The position numbers were made by a program, and so were the translations under genes. A model generated the notes under the pieces. The model saw only the letters and a program-made list of their open reading frames with translations, made no database searches and was not told the origin of the DNA. Positions 1 through 8,522 of a DNA stretch of 64,000 bases are shown here, piece by piece (positions within the stretch are counted from its first letter, which is position 1; every line of letters begins with the position of its first letter). Where the stretch lies: the NCBI GenBank assembly GCA_963997925.1, contig CAXEOX010000002.1, forward strand, positions 8,586 through 72,585, read 5' to 3'. This stretch comes from an uncultured bacterium (GTDB taxonomy: Bacteria > Chloroflexota > Dehalococcoidia > Lucifugimonadales > UBA3495).

Positions 1-897
1 GGCATCTTCCCATCGCTGATGCCCATCCTCACTTACATGGCCGCTCGCACCAAGAAGATCCGCATCGGCGCCGGGGTCAGCGTTCTGCCCTTCCACAACC
101 CCATACGCCTGGCGGAAGAGGCGGCCATGCTCGACGTGATGAGCAAGGGCCGCTTGGACTTCGGCGTGGGCCGGGGCTCGGCGGACTACGAGTACGGTAA
201 CTTCAAGGTGGACTTCGATTCTCGGGACGAGCGAACTCGGGAAGCGCTGGACATCATCTTGGGTCTGTGGACCACCCCCGAATTCAGCTACGACGGCAAA
301 TTCCATCAGATAGAGAACCTGACCATCGCGCCCACGACGCTGCAGCAACCCCACCCACCGGTCTTTCTCGCGGTGTCTCGAACCCCCGCCAGCATCGACA
401 TGGCCGTGGACCGGGACCTGCCGATCCTCACCACCTTTTCCACGCCGGAGGCCCCTAACCTGGCGCTGTTCGAGCTTTACGCCGAACGATGCGCCGCCGC
501 CGGAAAACCTCATAATCTGGACCAAAGCCCCTTCTTCCGCTTCGTGCACGTCGCCGAGGACGAGAAGGTAGCCCGAGAGTACCCGCGCGACGCCCTGACT
601 TGGTGCCGTGACATCGGCGGTTACCGCCGGACAATCACCCAGGGAGACGAGATTAACTGGGACTTGGACGATTGGGTAAGGACTCGGAAGGAAACGCCGG
701 CCAGCTTTGAGTCGGAGGCGGAAACGACCACGTACTTCGGCACTCCGGACCAGTGCGTTGGGTGGATCCGAAATCTGGAACAGAACCACAACGTCGGCTA
801 CTTCGGGGCCAGCATGTCCTTCGGCAGCATGGGTCATGCCGAGGTGATGAAGTCCATGGAACTCTTCGGCAAGGAAGTCATGCCCAAGTTCCGGTAG
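1..897 (+). CDS. LLM-class (luciferase-like) flavin/F420-dependent oxidoreductase, 5' end outside window
   Basis: Frame 1 is open from base 1, so the ORF-track Met at 19 is internal. Translation shows RIGAGVSVLPFHNPIRLAEEAAMLDVMSKGRLDFGVGRGS, typical of the luciferase-like monooxygenase TIM-barrel family. Confidence 0.85.
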   Translation, partial: GIFPSLMPILTYMAARTKKIRIGAGVSVLPFHNPIRLAEEAAMLDVMSKGRLDFGVGRGSADYEYGNFKVDFDSRDERTREALDIILGLWTTPEFSYDGKFHQIENLTIAPTTLQQPHPPVFLAVSRTPASIDMAVDRDLPILTTFSTPEAPNLALFELYAERCAAAGKPHNLDQSPFFRFVHVAEDEKVAREYPRDALTWCRDIGGYRRTITQGDEINWDLDDWVRTRKETPASFESEAETTTYFGTPDQCVGWIRNLEQNHNVGYFGASMSFGSMGHAEVMKSMELFGKEVMPKFR

Positions 898-925
898 GTG
901 CTAAACTTGAGCGGTTAAACGGATT

Positions 926-993
926 CACCACAGAGATCACGGAGGGCACAGAGAAAAATAATAAAATCTCCGTGAACTCTGTGATTTCTGTGG
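926..993. repeat. Palindromic intergenic repeat, family 3 (CACAGAGAnCACGGAG ... CTCCGTGnnCTCTGTG)
   Basis: Left arm CACCACAGAGATCACGGAG at 926-944 and right arm CTCCGTGAACTCTGTG at 968-983 match 15/16 as an inverted repeat. A second copy lies at 20521-20587 and shares AAAATCTCCGTG..CTCTGTG.TTTCTG.GG. Confidence 0.8.
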
Positions 994-1058
994 TAAAAAA
1001 CGCTGGTAGCAAACACGCACCGATTCCCCCAACCACCTCCAACAAAAGGAGACCCGCC

Positions 1059-3368
1059 ATGGCCTATGTCGGACAGTCACTGAAGCGGTTTGAGGACCAC
1101 CGGTTGTTAGCCGGACGCGGTACTTACGTGGACGACATGAACCTGCCCGGCATGGTTCACGCCTTAATCCTGCGCAGCCCCCACGCCCATGCCAGGATCA
1201 GGTCCATCGATACGTCGGCGGCCAATCAAGTGCCCGGTGTGGTGTCGGTTTTCACTGCCGACGATCTGGGGGACGTGTTGGAGAACATGCCCACCAGGTC
1301 GAACGCCGGAGCCGATTTCATGGCGCCGCCGCCCCATCCGATCCTGGCAAGAGATAAGGTTGGCTATGTGGGACAAGCGGTGGCCGTCGTCGTAGCCGAG
1401 AGTCCAGAAGCCGCTCGGGAAGGCATCGAACAGGTCATGGTGGATTACGAACCCTTGACCGTAGTGGTCGATTCGATGGAAGCCGTTAAGCCGGGGACGC
1501 CGGTGGTGCATCCCGAACTGGGCAGCAACGTTGTGTTACAGACCGTCAACGCCGGGGGCGACTTGGACGCTGCTTTCGCCCAAGCTGACCGGGTGGTCAG
1601 CGGCCAGTTTCATGTGCAGCGTCTGGCCCCGGCCCCCATGGAGCCCCGGGGATTGTTGGCCGATTACCAAGCGGGCGAAGACATGCTCACCGTCTGGGAC
1701 TCCACTCAGCATCCCCACGAAATCAGGGAGCGCTTGGTCGAGTTGCTCCAACGCCCGGAGAGCAGCATCAGGGTAGTGGCTCCCGACGTTGGGGGAGGCT
1801 TCGGCGAAAAGGCCTGCTTCTTCCCGGAAGAGATTGCCATCCCCCACATCTCTATGGTGTTGGGACGTCCGGTCAAGTGGGTTGAGGATCGCCAAGAAAA
1901 CATGCTGTCCTTCCATGGAAGAGGGCACACCGTCGATGTGGAAGCGGCGGTGAAAAACGATGGCACATTGCTGGGTGTTAAGGTCAGCATCGTCGCGGAC
2001 TTGGGTGCTTACTTCCTTATGTCAACTCCCACCGTCCCCGTGCTCACTACCCACCGTATCTCCGGTCCCTATCTGACCCCCGCGATGTCGGTGGAAGTGA
2101 AAGGCGTTGTCACCAACAAGCCGCCCACCGGTTCTTACCGGGGCGCCGGCGGACCCGAAGCCGCCTACTGCATGGAGCGGACGATAGACCTGATTGCCGG
2201 CGAACTGGGTATGGACCCAGTGGACGTACGCAAGAAGAACCTCATTCCATCGGACGCCTTTCCCTACGACACCCCCACCGGCATCACCTACGATTCGGGC
2301 GACTACGGGAAGGCGTTGGACCTAGCCCTTGAGATGTCCGATTACCAGGGTTGGCGGGAGAAGTCTCGGGAACAGGCCGACGCCGGAGCGCCCCTCATCG
2401 GCGTGGGAATCGCCACGGTGGTAAAGGGCTCCGGGGCCAGGGTGATTCGACTCACCGACCACGCTCGAGTGATTATCGACGCATCGGGAAGCGTCACCGT
2501 ACACACCGGGGTTTCGCCCCACGGACAGGGTACGGAAACAACCTTTGCCCAGATGACCGCCGACGTGCTGGGAATCGCTCCCAAGGATGTTCGAGTCAGG
2601 CATAGCGACACCGACATCCTGCCCCACGGTGGCGGCACTTCGGGCAGCCGGGGCCTTATCGCCGGAGGTAGCGCCCTGCAAGTTGTTCTTGACCAGGCCG
2701 TGGAGAAATTGGTGGCCATCGCTTCCCATCTGCTGGGATGTCCCGCAGAAGATATTGCCATGGAAGGCGGGCGGGCTTTCAATAAACAAAATCCGGATCA
2801 AGGAATCCCCTTCGCCGAAGTTGCCGCTGCGGCCTACGACGAAGAGAAGCTGCCGCCGGGGCAAGAACCGGCCCTAGATTTCGTGGGCAGCCACAGCCTG
2901 CCGAAGAGCCCCTACGCCTTCGCCGCCCACATAGCGGTGGTGGAGGTGTCTCAGGAGAACGGCGTGGTGAAGATTCTCAAATACATCGGCGTTCACGACT
3001 CAGGCCGCATCATCAACCCCATGCTGGCGGAAGGCCAGGCGCAAGGGGCCATCGCCCAAGGCATCGGCCAGGCGTTGTGGGAAGGGATGGAATACAGCTC
3101 CGACGGTCAGCCCTTGACCGGCAGCCTGATGGACTACGGGCTTCCCACCTTCGGGAACATGCCGGACATGGACCTGGACACGGTGGAAACCCTGTCGGAG
3201 TTGACGCCATGGGGTCTAAAAGGTATCGGTGAACTGCCAACCCTGGCCGCCCCTGTTGCCGTCGCCAACGCTGTCATGGACGCCCTTTCCGGCCTTGGCG
3301 TTCGCAACATCGACACTCCCCTGACGCCGGAGAAAGTCTGGCAGGCCATGCAGGCGGCTCGTGGCTAA
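1059..3368 (+). CDS. Xanthine dehydrogenase / CoxL-family molybdopterin-binding large subunit (about 770 aa)
   Basis: The ATG at 1059 gives MAYVGQSLKRFEDHRLLAGRGTYVDD, a canonical N-terminus of the aldehyde oxidase/xanthine dehydrogenase a/b-hammerhead domain. Internal PPTGSYRGAGGPEA and GELPTLAAPVAVANAV motifs are present. The ORF-track start at 753 reads through the family-3 repeat and is rejected. Confidence 0.9.
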   Translation: MAYVGQSLKRFEDHRLLAGRGTYVDDMNLPGMVHALILRSPHAHARIRSIDTSAANQVPGVVSVFTADDLGDVLENMPTRSNAGADFMAPPPHPILARDKVGYVGQAVAVVVAESPEAAREGIEQVMVDYEPLTVVVDSMEAVKPGTPVVHPELGSNVVLQTVNAGGDLDAAFAQADRVVSGQFHVQRLAPAPMEPRGLLADYQAGEDMLTVWDSTQHPHEIRERLVELLQRPESSIRVVAPDVGGGFGEKACFFPEEIAIPHISMVLGRPVKWVEDRQENMLSFHGRGHTVDVEAAVKNDGTLLGVKVSIVADLGAYFLMSTPTVPVLTTHRISGPYLTPAMSVEVKGVVTNKPPTGSYRGAGGPEAAYCMERTIDLIAGELGMDPVDVRKKNLIPSDAFPYDTPTGITYDSGDYGKALDLALEMSDYQGWREKSREQADAGAPLIGVGIATVVKGSGARVIRLTDHARVIIDASGSVTVHTGVSPHGQGTETTFAQMTADVLGIAPKDVRVRHSDTDILPHGGGTSGSRGLIAGGSALQVVLDQAVEKLVAIASHLLGCPAEDIAMEGGRAFNKQNPDQGIPFAEVAAAAYDEEKLPPGQEPALDFVGSHSLPKSPYAFAAHIAVVEVSQENGVVKILKYIGVHDSGRIINPMLAEGQAQGAIAQGIGQALWEGMEYSSDGQPLTGSLMDYGLPTFGNMPDMDLDTVETLSELTPWGLKGIGELPTLAAPVAVANAVMDALSGLGVRNIDTPLTPEKVWQAMQAARG

Positions 3369-3412
3369 ATTGTCGAGATTGGAAGAAGTTAAACCTGACT
3401 GAGGCCGAAACC

Positions 3413-3633
3413 ATGAGCAAGCCATTTACGTGCCGTGAGTTGATGGGCATCTGCGACGAGATATTCTACGGCGATACCTTGATGGAAATCGTGCAAAAGG
3501 GCATGGAGCATATGGGGTCGGATGACGCCCACAAGGACCATATAGCGGGATTGGCAGGCGGTACCCGGAGACCCAGGAACAGTGGTTCGAAAGGATGCAG
3601 AAAGAGTTCGACGCCAAGCCTGACGACCAGTAA
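3413..3633 (+). pseudogene. DUF1059-like small protein with an apparent 1-nt frameshift (or assembly indel)
   Basis: Frame 2 gives MSKPFTCRELMGICDEIFYGDTLMEIVQKGMEHMGSDDAHKDHIAGLAG. Frame 1, open from 3526, then continues YPETQEQWFERMQKEFDAKPDDQ* with its stop at 3631-3633. Together they match the long DUF1059 architecture as I remember it (..TC..LGG.CD..F.........HG...........H...........W......EFDA.P). The frame-2 tail RRPRNSGSKGCRKSS... does not look like protein. Confidence 0.6.
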
Positions 3634-3678
3634 TCAAAGCTTGCCCCCGCGATTAGTCTTAGGGAAGGCCGTTATCTC

Positions 3679-4689
3679 ATGAAGTTTGGTATCTACAGTT
3701 CCATCGCCAATCCGCCTCGTGGCGAGGATTTGTCCCGGTGTGTTGACGAAGTTATCGAAGAGGCACAGTTGGCCGAGCAAGCTGGGTTCGACTCGTGTTT
3801 CTTCGGCGAACACCATCAGGACAAGGACGGCTTCCTCCCGTCTCCGTTGATTGTTTGTACCGCCGTAGCCGCTTCCACGACCAAGTTGCGGGTGGGCACG
3901 TCGGTCATACTGCTGCCGTTGCACCACCCCGTCAAACTGGCCGAGGACGTGGTGACTTTGGATGTCGTATCCAAGGGCCGGGTCACCCTTGGGGTCGGCT
4001 TGGGCTACCAGCCCGCTGATTTCCGGGCGTTCGGCGTTTCTATGGAAGACCGGGTCGAGTTGTTTGAAGAAAAAGTGGAGATTCTGCGACGGTGTTGGTC
4101 CGGCCAAGAATTCTCATTTGAAGGCAAGCACCACAACATCCAGAATCTGACAGTCCGGCCGGACACCGTTCAGACGCCGCATCCGCCGATCTGGATAGGA
4201 GCCGGAGCGCCGGTGAGCGCCAGGCGGGCCGGGACCATCGGCGACGCGATCGTTTCGACGCCCAGCACCACTTTGCAGAACACTTGCCGGGTGTTAGCGG
4301 AGTACCGGAGTGCCGCCGAAGCCGCTGGAAAAACGCCGCAAGTCACCATCATGCGGGACGCCTGGGTGGCCAACTCCCGGAAAGAAGCGGAAGAAGTCTA
4401 CGGCCCCGAAGTTCTCGCAGCTTACCGGTACTACTGGCAGAACGGATTATCCGAGTTCAAGTCGATCAAAGACGAGTCGGAACTGAACCTGGAGAACATC
4501 GCCAAAGACCGCTTGATTATGGGCGACCCAGAGGAATGCCTGACCGAGTTTCAACGATGGCAGTATGCGACGGGAGCCGATAGCTGCCTGTTGCGGCTAC
4601 GCCACGCCCATTCGGGAGGACCATCCCACGCCCAAATCATGAAAACCATCGATCTGATCGGAGACCGAATAATCCCCTACTGCCATTGA
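3679..4689 (+). CDS. LLM-class flavin/F420-dependent oxidoreductase
   Basis: Translation starts MKFGIYSSIANPP and contains FGEHHQDKDGFLPSPL and KGRVTLGVGLGY, the luciferase-like monooxygenase fold pattern. Confidence 0.88.
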   Translation: MKFGIYSSIANPPRGEDLSRCVDEVIEEAQLAEQAGFDSCFFGEHHQDKDGFLPSPLIVCTAVAASTTKLRVGTSVILLPLHHPVKLAEDVVTLDVVSKGRVTLGVGLGYQPADFRAFGVSMEDRVELFEEKVEILRRCWSGQEFSFEGKHHNIQNLTVRPDTVQTPHPPIWIGAGAPVSARRAGTIGDAIVSTPSTTLQNTCRVLAEYRSAAEAAGKTPQVTIMRDAWVANSRKEAEEVYGPEVLAAYRYYWQNGLSEFKSIKDESELNLENIAKDRLIMGDPEECLTEFQRWQYATGADSCLLRLRHAHSGGPSHAQIMKTIDLIGDRIIPYCH

Positions 4690-4717
4690 TACACCGGACG
4701 GTCAGGTGCTTTTCCAG

Positions 4718-5017
4718 CTAACTAGGCAGCCCGCCGACCGCTTCATCCATTGTTATAACCGGGTAAATGGTCGATGTGTTCCAAACCGCCAGGCCCAAGT
4801 CGACGGCCGCATCGTCAACCGCGTGGGCGTTGGGGGCGTCGACTAGGATGAAAGTCAGATGCGCCCCCTTGCTGATCCAACCACCCTGGAAAGTACATCC
4901 GTGGCTCTGTAGAACTTGGGTCATCGTGGCATTCATCCGCACCACCCGGTCACGAATCTCGATCGAGACGCCAGGGCATACGTCGGGGGTGTGGGACAGT
5001 GACATCATGTACAACAT
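4718..5017 (-). CDS. Hypothetical small protein (99 aa), possibly DUF3303-like
   Basis: Clean 99-codon ORF convergent with the upstream LLM gene. Composition is protein-like (..GGWISKGAHLTFILVDAPNAHAVDDAAVDLGLAVWNT..). The family assignment is from memory only. The start could also be the ATG ATG at 5008/5005. Confidence 0.55.
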   Translation of the reverse strand: MLYMMSLSHTPDVCPGVSIEIRDRVVRMNATMTQVLQSHGCTFQGGWISKGAHLTFILVDAPNAHAVDDAAVDLGLAVWNTSTIYPVITMDEAVGGLPS

Positions 5018-5107
5018 TGGAGTTCATACCTCTTCAAGGAAATCTCTGGACAAACAGGCATGAATTATATACCTTGCTTGTATTGCTATAAGTTGAGACT
5101 TGGAAGC

Positions 5108-5226
5108 GTGGGGGCAACCCCCATCCCTTCGGCTGCGCTCAAGGCAGGCTCTAACCTTTGCCATTGACGGGGGAAGGGACCTGTTCTCTCCCACTTACGA
5201 AGGGGGAGAGTTAGAGAGGGGGTAAC
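5108..5226. repeat. Degenerate composite of the family-1 inverted-pair repeat (CCCCCATCC...CTAACCTT / GGGGGAGAGTTAGAGAGGGGG)
   Basis: GGGGGCAACCCCC hairpin at 5110-5122. CCCCCATCC is interrupted by a 24-nt insert before CTAACCTTTGCC. The right half, TCTCTCCCACTTACGAAGGGGGAGAGTTAGAGAGGGGG, resembles the right arms at 18658-18697 and 54893-54934. Confidence 0.6.
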
Positions 5227-5339
5227 ACGGTTCTCGTCGAACCAGGTTAAATTAAGAGGGACAATTTCTTAAAAACACGTGAGATTCCTCACCTCCGCTA
5301 CGCTACAGTTCGGAATGCCAGAAAAATAAGGAGAATCAG

Positions 5340-6236
5340 ATGCCATACGCAAACATTAACGGAATAAACCTGTACTACGAAGACTACGGCACCGGACCGG
5401 CGGTCATGCTGACTCCTGGCGGACGCAACGACACCAACGGTTTGCGCCCCTTAGCAGCCCTTCTATCTCCCCATTGCCGGGTCATCCTTCATGACCGGCG
5501 CAACTGCGGGAAGTCAGATATCGCCATCGGCGGCGAGTTGTCGGAGCAGCATGCTTGGGGCGAAGAGATGGGCCTATTGTTGAAGCACATCGGCGCGGAC
5601 CCGGCCTACCTTGCCGGCGGTTCGGCCGGATCCCGTACCTCCATCACTGTGGCGGTACGGCACCCGGAACTGATTAAGGGCATCTACGTGTGGGAGGTCA
5701 GCGGAGGCCCCACCAGCGGCGAGCTTATGTCTCCCGGCTATTACGGCCAGTACATCGACGCTGCGGAAAAGGGTGGGATGGCCGCCGTCGCCGAAACCGA
5801 TTACTTCTCTCAGCGGATAAAAGACAACCCGTCCAACAATGACCGGTTGCTCTCCATGGACGTCCAGGAGTTCCTGTCGGTGATGCGCCGATGGCAGGCG
5901 GAGTTTGCCCGCCCCAACCCGGTGGGTGACCTGACCGAAGAGGAACTAAAGTCGGTCACTTGCCCCACCGTTCTGCTTGAGGGCAACACCCCCGACGATG
6001 TCCACCACAAATTGGCGGCGGAGAACGCCCATCGCCTGATGCCCAACACCGAGCTTCGTCCATCGGCGTGGACCCACGAAGAGTGGGACGTCATCGGCCA
6101 GCACGACCACACCTTCCCTGGCATCGCCGCCACCAACCGTTACTCCATGAAAGCGCCCTTCTACGCTGCCCAGATCCTGGAGTTCATCAACAAGGTCGAG
6201 GCCTCCCAACCCGAGGCTGCTCAGGTCGGCGACTAA
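5340..6236 (+). CDS. Alpha/beta-fold hydrolase
   Basis: AGGAGA lies 6 nt upstream of the ATG. N-terminus INGINLYYEDYGTGPAVMLTPGG, nucleophile elbow GGSAGS (G-x-S-x-G), about 300 aa. Confidence 0.85.
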   Translation: MPYANINGINLYYEDYGTGPAVMLTPGGRNDTNGLRPLAALLSPHCRVILHDRRNCGKSDIAIGGELSEQHAWGEEMGLLLKHIGADPAYLAGGSAGSRTSITVAVRHPELIKGIYVWEVSGGPTSGELMSPGYYGQYIDAAEKGGMAAVAETDYFSQRIKDNPSNNDRLLSMDVQEFLSVMRRWQAEFARPNPVGDLTEEELKSVTCPTVLLEGNTPDDVHHKLAAENAHRLMPNTELRPSAWTHEEWDVIGQHDHTFPGIAATNRYSMKAPFYAAQILEFINKVEASQPEAAQVGD

Positions 6237-6267
6237 GTAGACTGTTCATTGGGAGGGAGGAAAGGTC

Positions 6268-7607
6268 ATGGCGCTCTCTGATGCCGATGCCAATAGCTTG
6301 ATAATCGTCGGCGCCGGAGGGTGCGGCATGATGGCCGCCTTGGTGGCTGCCGGGAAGGGAATATCTGTTCTACTGCTGGAGAAGACGGACAAACCCGGTG
6401 GCAGCACTGCCTTCTCCTCCCGAGGAATCCGGGCCGGCGGGTCCAGGTTCCAACGAGCCTTGGACATCGAATACAGTCCGGAGCAGTATGCTCGAGACAT
6501 CTTAGGAAGGAACAGCAACGAGAGCTACTTAGCGTCGACCCAACGTCTGGCCGAGGTTTCCGGACCGGTTGCCGACTTCTTGGCCGACGTTGCCCGCATC
6601 GATTTCAATGTCGGCGAGTTTCTTTTCGGTCACAGCGCCCGCCGCGCCCACTCTTGGGCGGAAGACAAACAATCTGCGACTTCCTGTGGGAGGCGGTTGA
6701 AAGAGAGTCTAAGATTCAGGTCCGGTTCTCGACCTCAGTGCAGTCTTTTCAGCAAGAAAATGATGGGACGGTCACCGGCGTAGTGACGGACAGCGGTGTC
6801 CTCCCGGCGGCCAAAGTCATTCTGGCCAGCGGCGGCTTCGGCGCCAGCCAAGAACTCGTCTCCCAGTACATCCCAGCGTTGGTAGGTGTTCATTTCCCCG
6901 GTCACCATGGCAGCACCGGCGAGGGTATCGGCATGGGTCTGTCGGCGGGAGCGGCCACCGAGAACATGGCCTCATTCCAGCCTTATCCCGCCCACATCGG
7001 TCCGGGGATGCGGTCGGTTTCTCCGGAAGTGATAATGGCAGGCGGCATCATGGTGAATCATCAAGGACAGCGTTTCGTTGATGAAACCAGGTACTCCGGC
7101 GGCCTCAGCAACGGGATACTCCAACTGCCCGGCAAGCAGGCCTACGAGATTCTAGACCAGCGGCTATATGATTTGCTGCCCCACTATCTGGAAGAGTTCT
7201 TCATGGAGGGACTGCTGCACCAGGCCCCAACCCTCGGAGAACTGGCGGGCCAACTGGGCATCGCCGCTACCGGTCTGGAACAAACGGTGGAGGAATTCAA
7301 TCAGTTGGCAGGCACAGGTCCCGACCGAGTCGGCCGCACTCCGCCGGAATCCCTCCGTCCGCCTTTCTATGGCATCAAAGTTAAAGCCGCCCTCTACCAC
7401 ACCCAAGGCGGACTGAAAGTGAATACGGACGGACAAGTTCTGCGGGACGATGGGTCTATCATCCACAACCTATACGCCGGAGGCGGGGTTGCCACCGGAG
7501 TATCCGGGGCCGGGATGGAAGGCTACCTCCCGGGAAACGGTCAGTTGGCCTCGCTAGGATTCGGCATGCTGGCTGCCGAGCACGCCGCCTCAGCTATCTT
7601 GGGGTAA
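6268..7607 (+). pseudogene. FAD-binding dehydrogenase (fumarate reductase flavoprotein / KstD-like), split by an apparent 1-nt frameshift near 6660-6675
   Basis: Frame 1 (6268 onward) gives the Rossmann N-terminus LIIVGAGGCGMMAALVAAGKGISVLLLEKTDKPGGSTAFSS...GHSARRAHSWAEDK. Frame 3 then continues TICDFLWEAVERESKIQVRFSTSVQSF...AAKVILASGGFGAS...YHTQGGLKVN...NLYAGGGVATG. The second part has no start of its own. The junction lies in the A-rich GACAAACAATC. Confidence 0.75.
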
Positions 7608-7811
7608 ATCGTATCGGCGTTGCTCGTACGACTGCAGCTCAAGGCGGCTGATGTCATTCCGATCCTTCGGCGGAAGGAGAGGAATCTCGGGATAGGTGGA
7701 GCGGTCCTGCCTGAGATACTTCGCCGTTGCGGATGGCTCAGCATGACAGTATCGGAGCGATCGCCATTTCGTCTAAACCAGCGAATCTAGCCCGGTTAAC
7801 TTGGTGCCACA

Positions 7812-8090
7812 CTACCCCAGAAGTTCAATCTCGGTGAACCGAATCTCCTGGTCGCTCAGGTTGAAGACGTTATGCGCAACACCCTTCTGTCTGGCGTAAG
7901 CGCCACCCATCTCCGTCGGAAATTTGGTGGAGTTGCCCGCAGCGTCCACGATCGTCAACTCACCACCCGTCAATGGGACTACCACGTAGTCGTATTCATG
8001 TATGTGATGTCCGGTGGATTCGCCGGGAAGTAACAATCTTTCGGTCACCCGCACCCGCTCCGTTTCCAACTTCCGTATCGCTTCGGTCAT
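7812..8090 (-). CDS. Cupin domain protein (92 aa)
   Basis: GESTGHHIHEYDYVVVPLTGGEL...GVAHNVFN is the two-motif cupin pattern. Confidence 0.8.
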   Translation of the reverse strand: MTEAIRKLETERVRVTERLLLPGESTGHHIHEYDYVVVPLTGGELTIVDAAGNSTKFPTEMGGAYARQKGVAHNVFNLSDQEIRFTEIELLG

Positions 8091-8141
8091 GTCTAATCCC
8101 GTCCGACGTTAATTAAGAGATAGCGGCCAATGCTTGGGGGG

Positions 8142-8186
8142 CTCCAATGTTCTTTCCCCCTCGTTGGGGGAAGGTTAGGATGGGGG
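8142..8186. repeat. Family-1 repeat unit (hairpin + GGGGGAAGGTTAGGATGGGGG)
   Basis: GGGGGAAGGTTAGGATGGGGG at 8166-8186 is preceded by the TTCCCCCTCGTTGGGGGAA hairpin. The same 21-mer occurs at 17459-17479 and, reverse-complemented, at 18620-18640 and 54770-54790. Confidence 0.85.
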
Positions 8187-8264
8187 TGGTGCGGTGTCAA
8201 CATCAGCCACCGCCAATGCGCCCAATCACGCTACACCAGTATCATTCCTGAACCCCGCCCCTAA

Positions 8265-8313
8265 GCCGGGTTTCGTAGATCCGCTTCATTGGTTAGTAAT
8301 TGCTCCACCCATT
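8265..8313 (+). repeat. Direct repeat copy 1 (GCCGGGTTTCGTAGATCCGCTTCATTGGTTAGTAATTGCTCCACCCATT)
   Basis: Matches 10004-10052 at 45 of 49 positions without gaps. Weaker similarity extends a few nt on both sides. Confidence 0.85.
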
Positions 8314-8522
8314 ACGGCACCTAAAGTAAGTTGCGTTCTATGGTGATTTGCGTTAGGTGATAACGATTGATTGGTAGAAGCGATTGAATGGTATGGGAAC
8401 ATTTGAACGATCAGGTACATATATTTTGGGACGATTCTAATATGTATATTCGCACAAGGTACGGTGGACTCAATGGCGAAGATAATGCGGTAAGTGGTTG
8501 GCCCAGAGTAACTGGAGATGGC

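Noticed and set aside
753-1058. 102-codon N-terminal extension of the CoxL-like ORF (ORF track 753-3368)
   Set aside because: It reads straight through the family-3 palindromic repeat, giving the pseudo-peptide FTTEITEGTEK...SVNSVISVV. The canonical family N-terminus, MAYVGQSLKRFED.., starts at 1059.
3526-6680. Programmed ribosomal frameshifting at the two broken genes
   Set aside because: Neither junction has a slippery heptamer or a downstream stimulatory structure. Both are explained by a single missing base, so an indel (real or from assembly) is more parsimonious.
8265-8313. The 49-nt direct repeat as a tRNA 3' fragment (classic att site)
   Set aside because: It has no GGTTCGAATCC-like T-arm and no acceptor/CCA structure on either strand. 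No tRNA gene was seen anywhere in the window.
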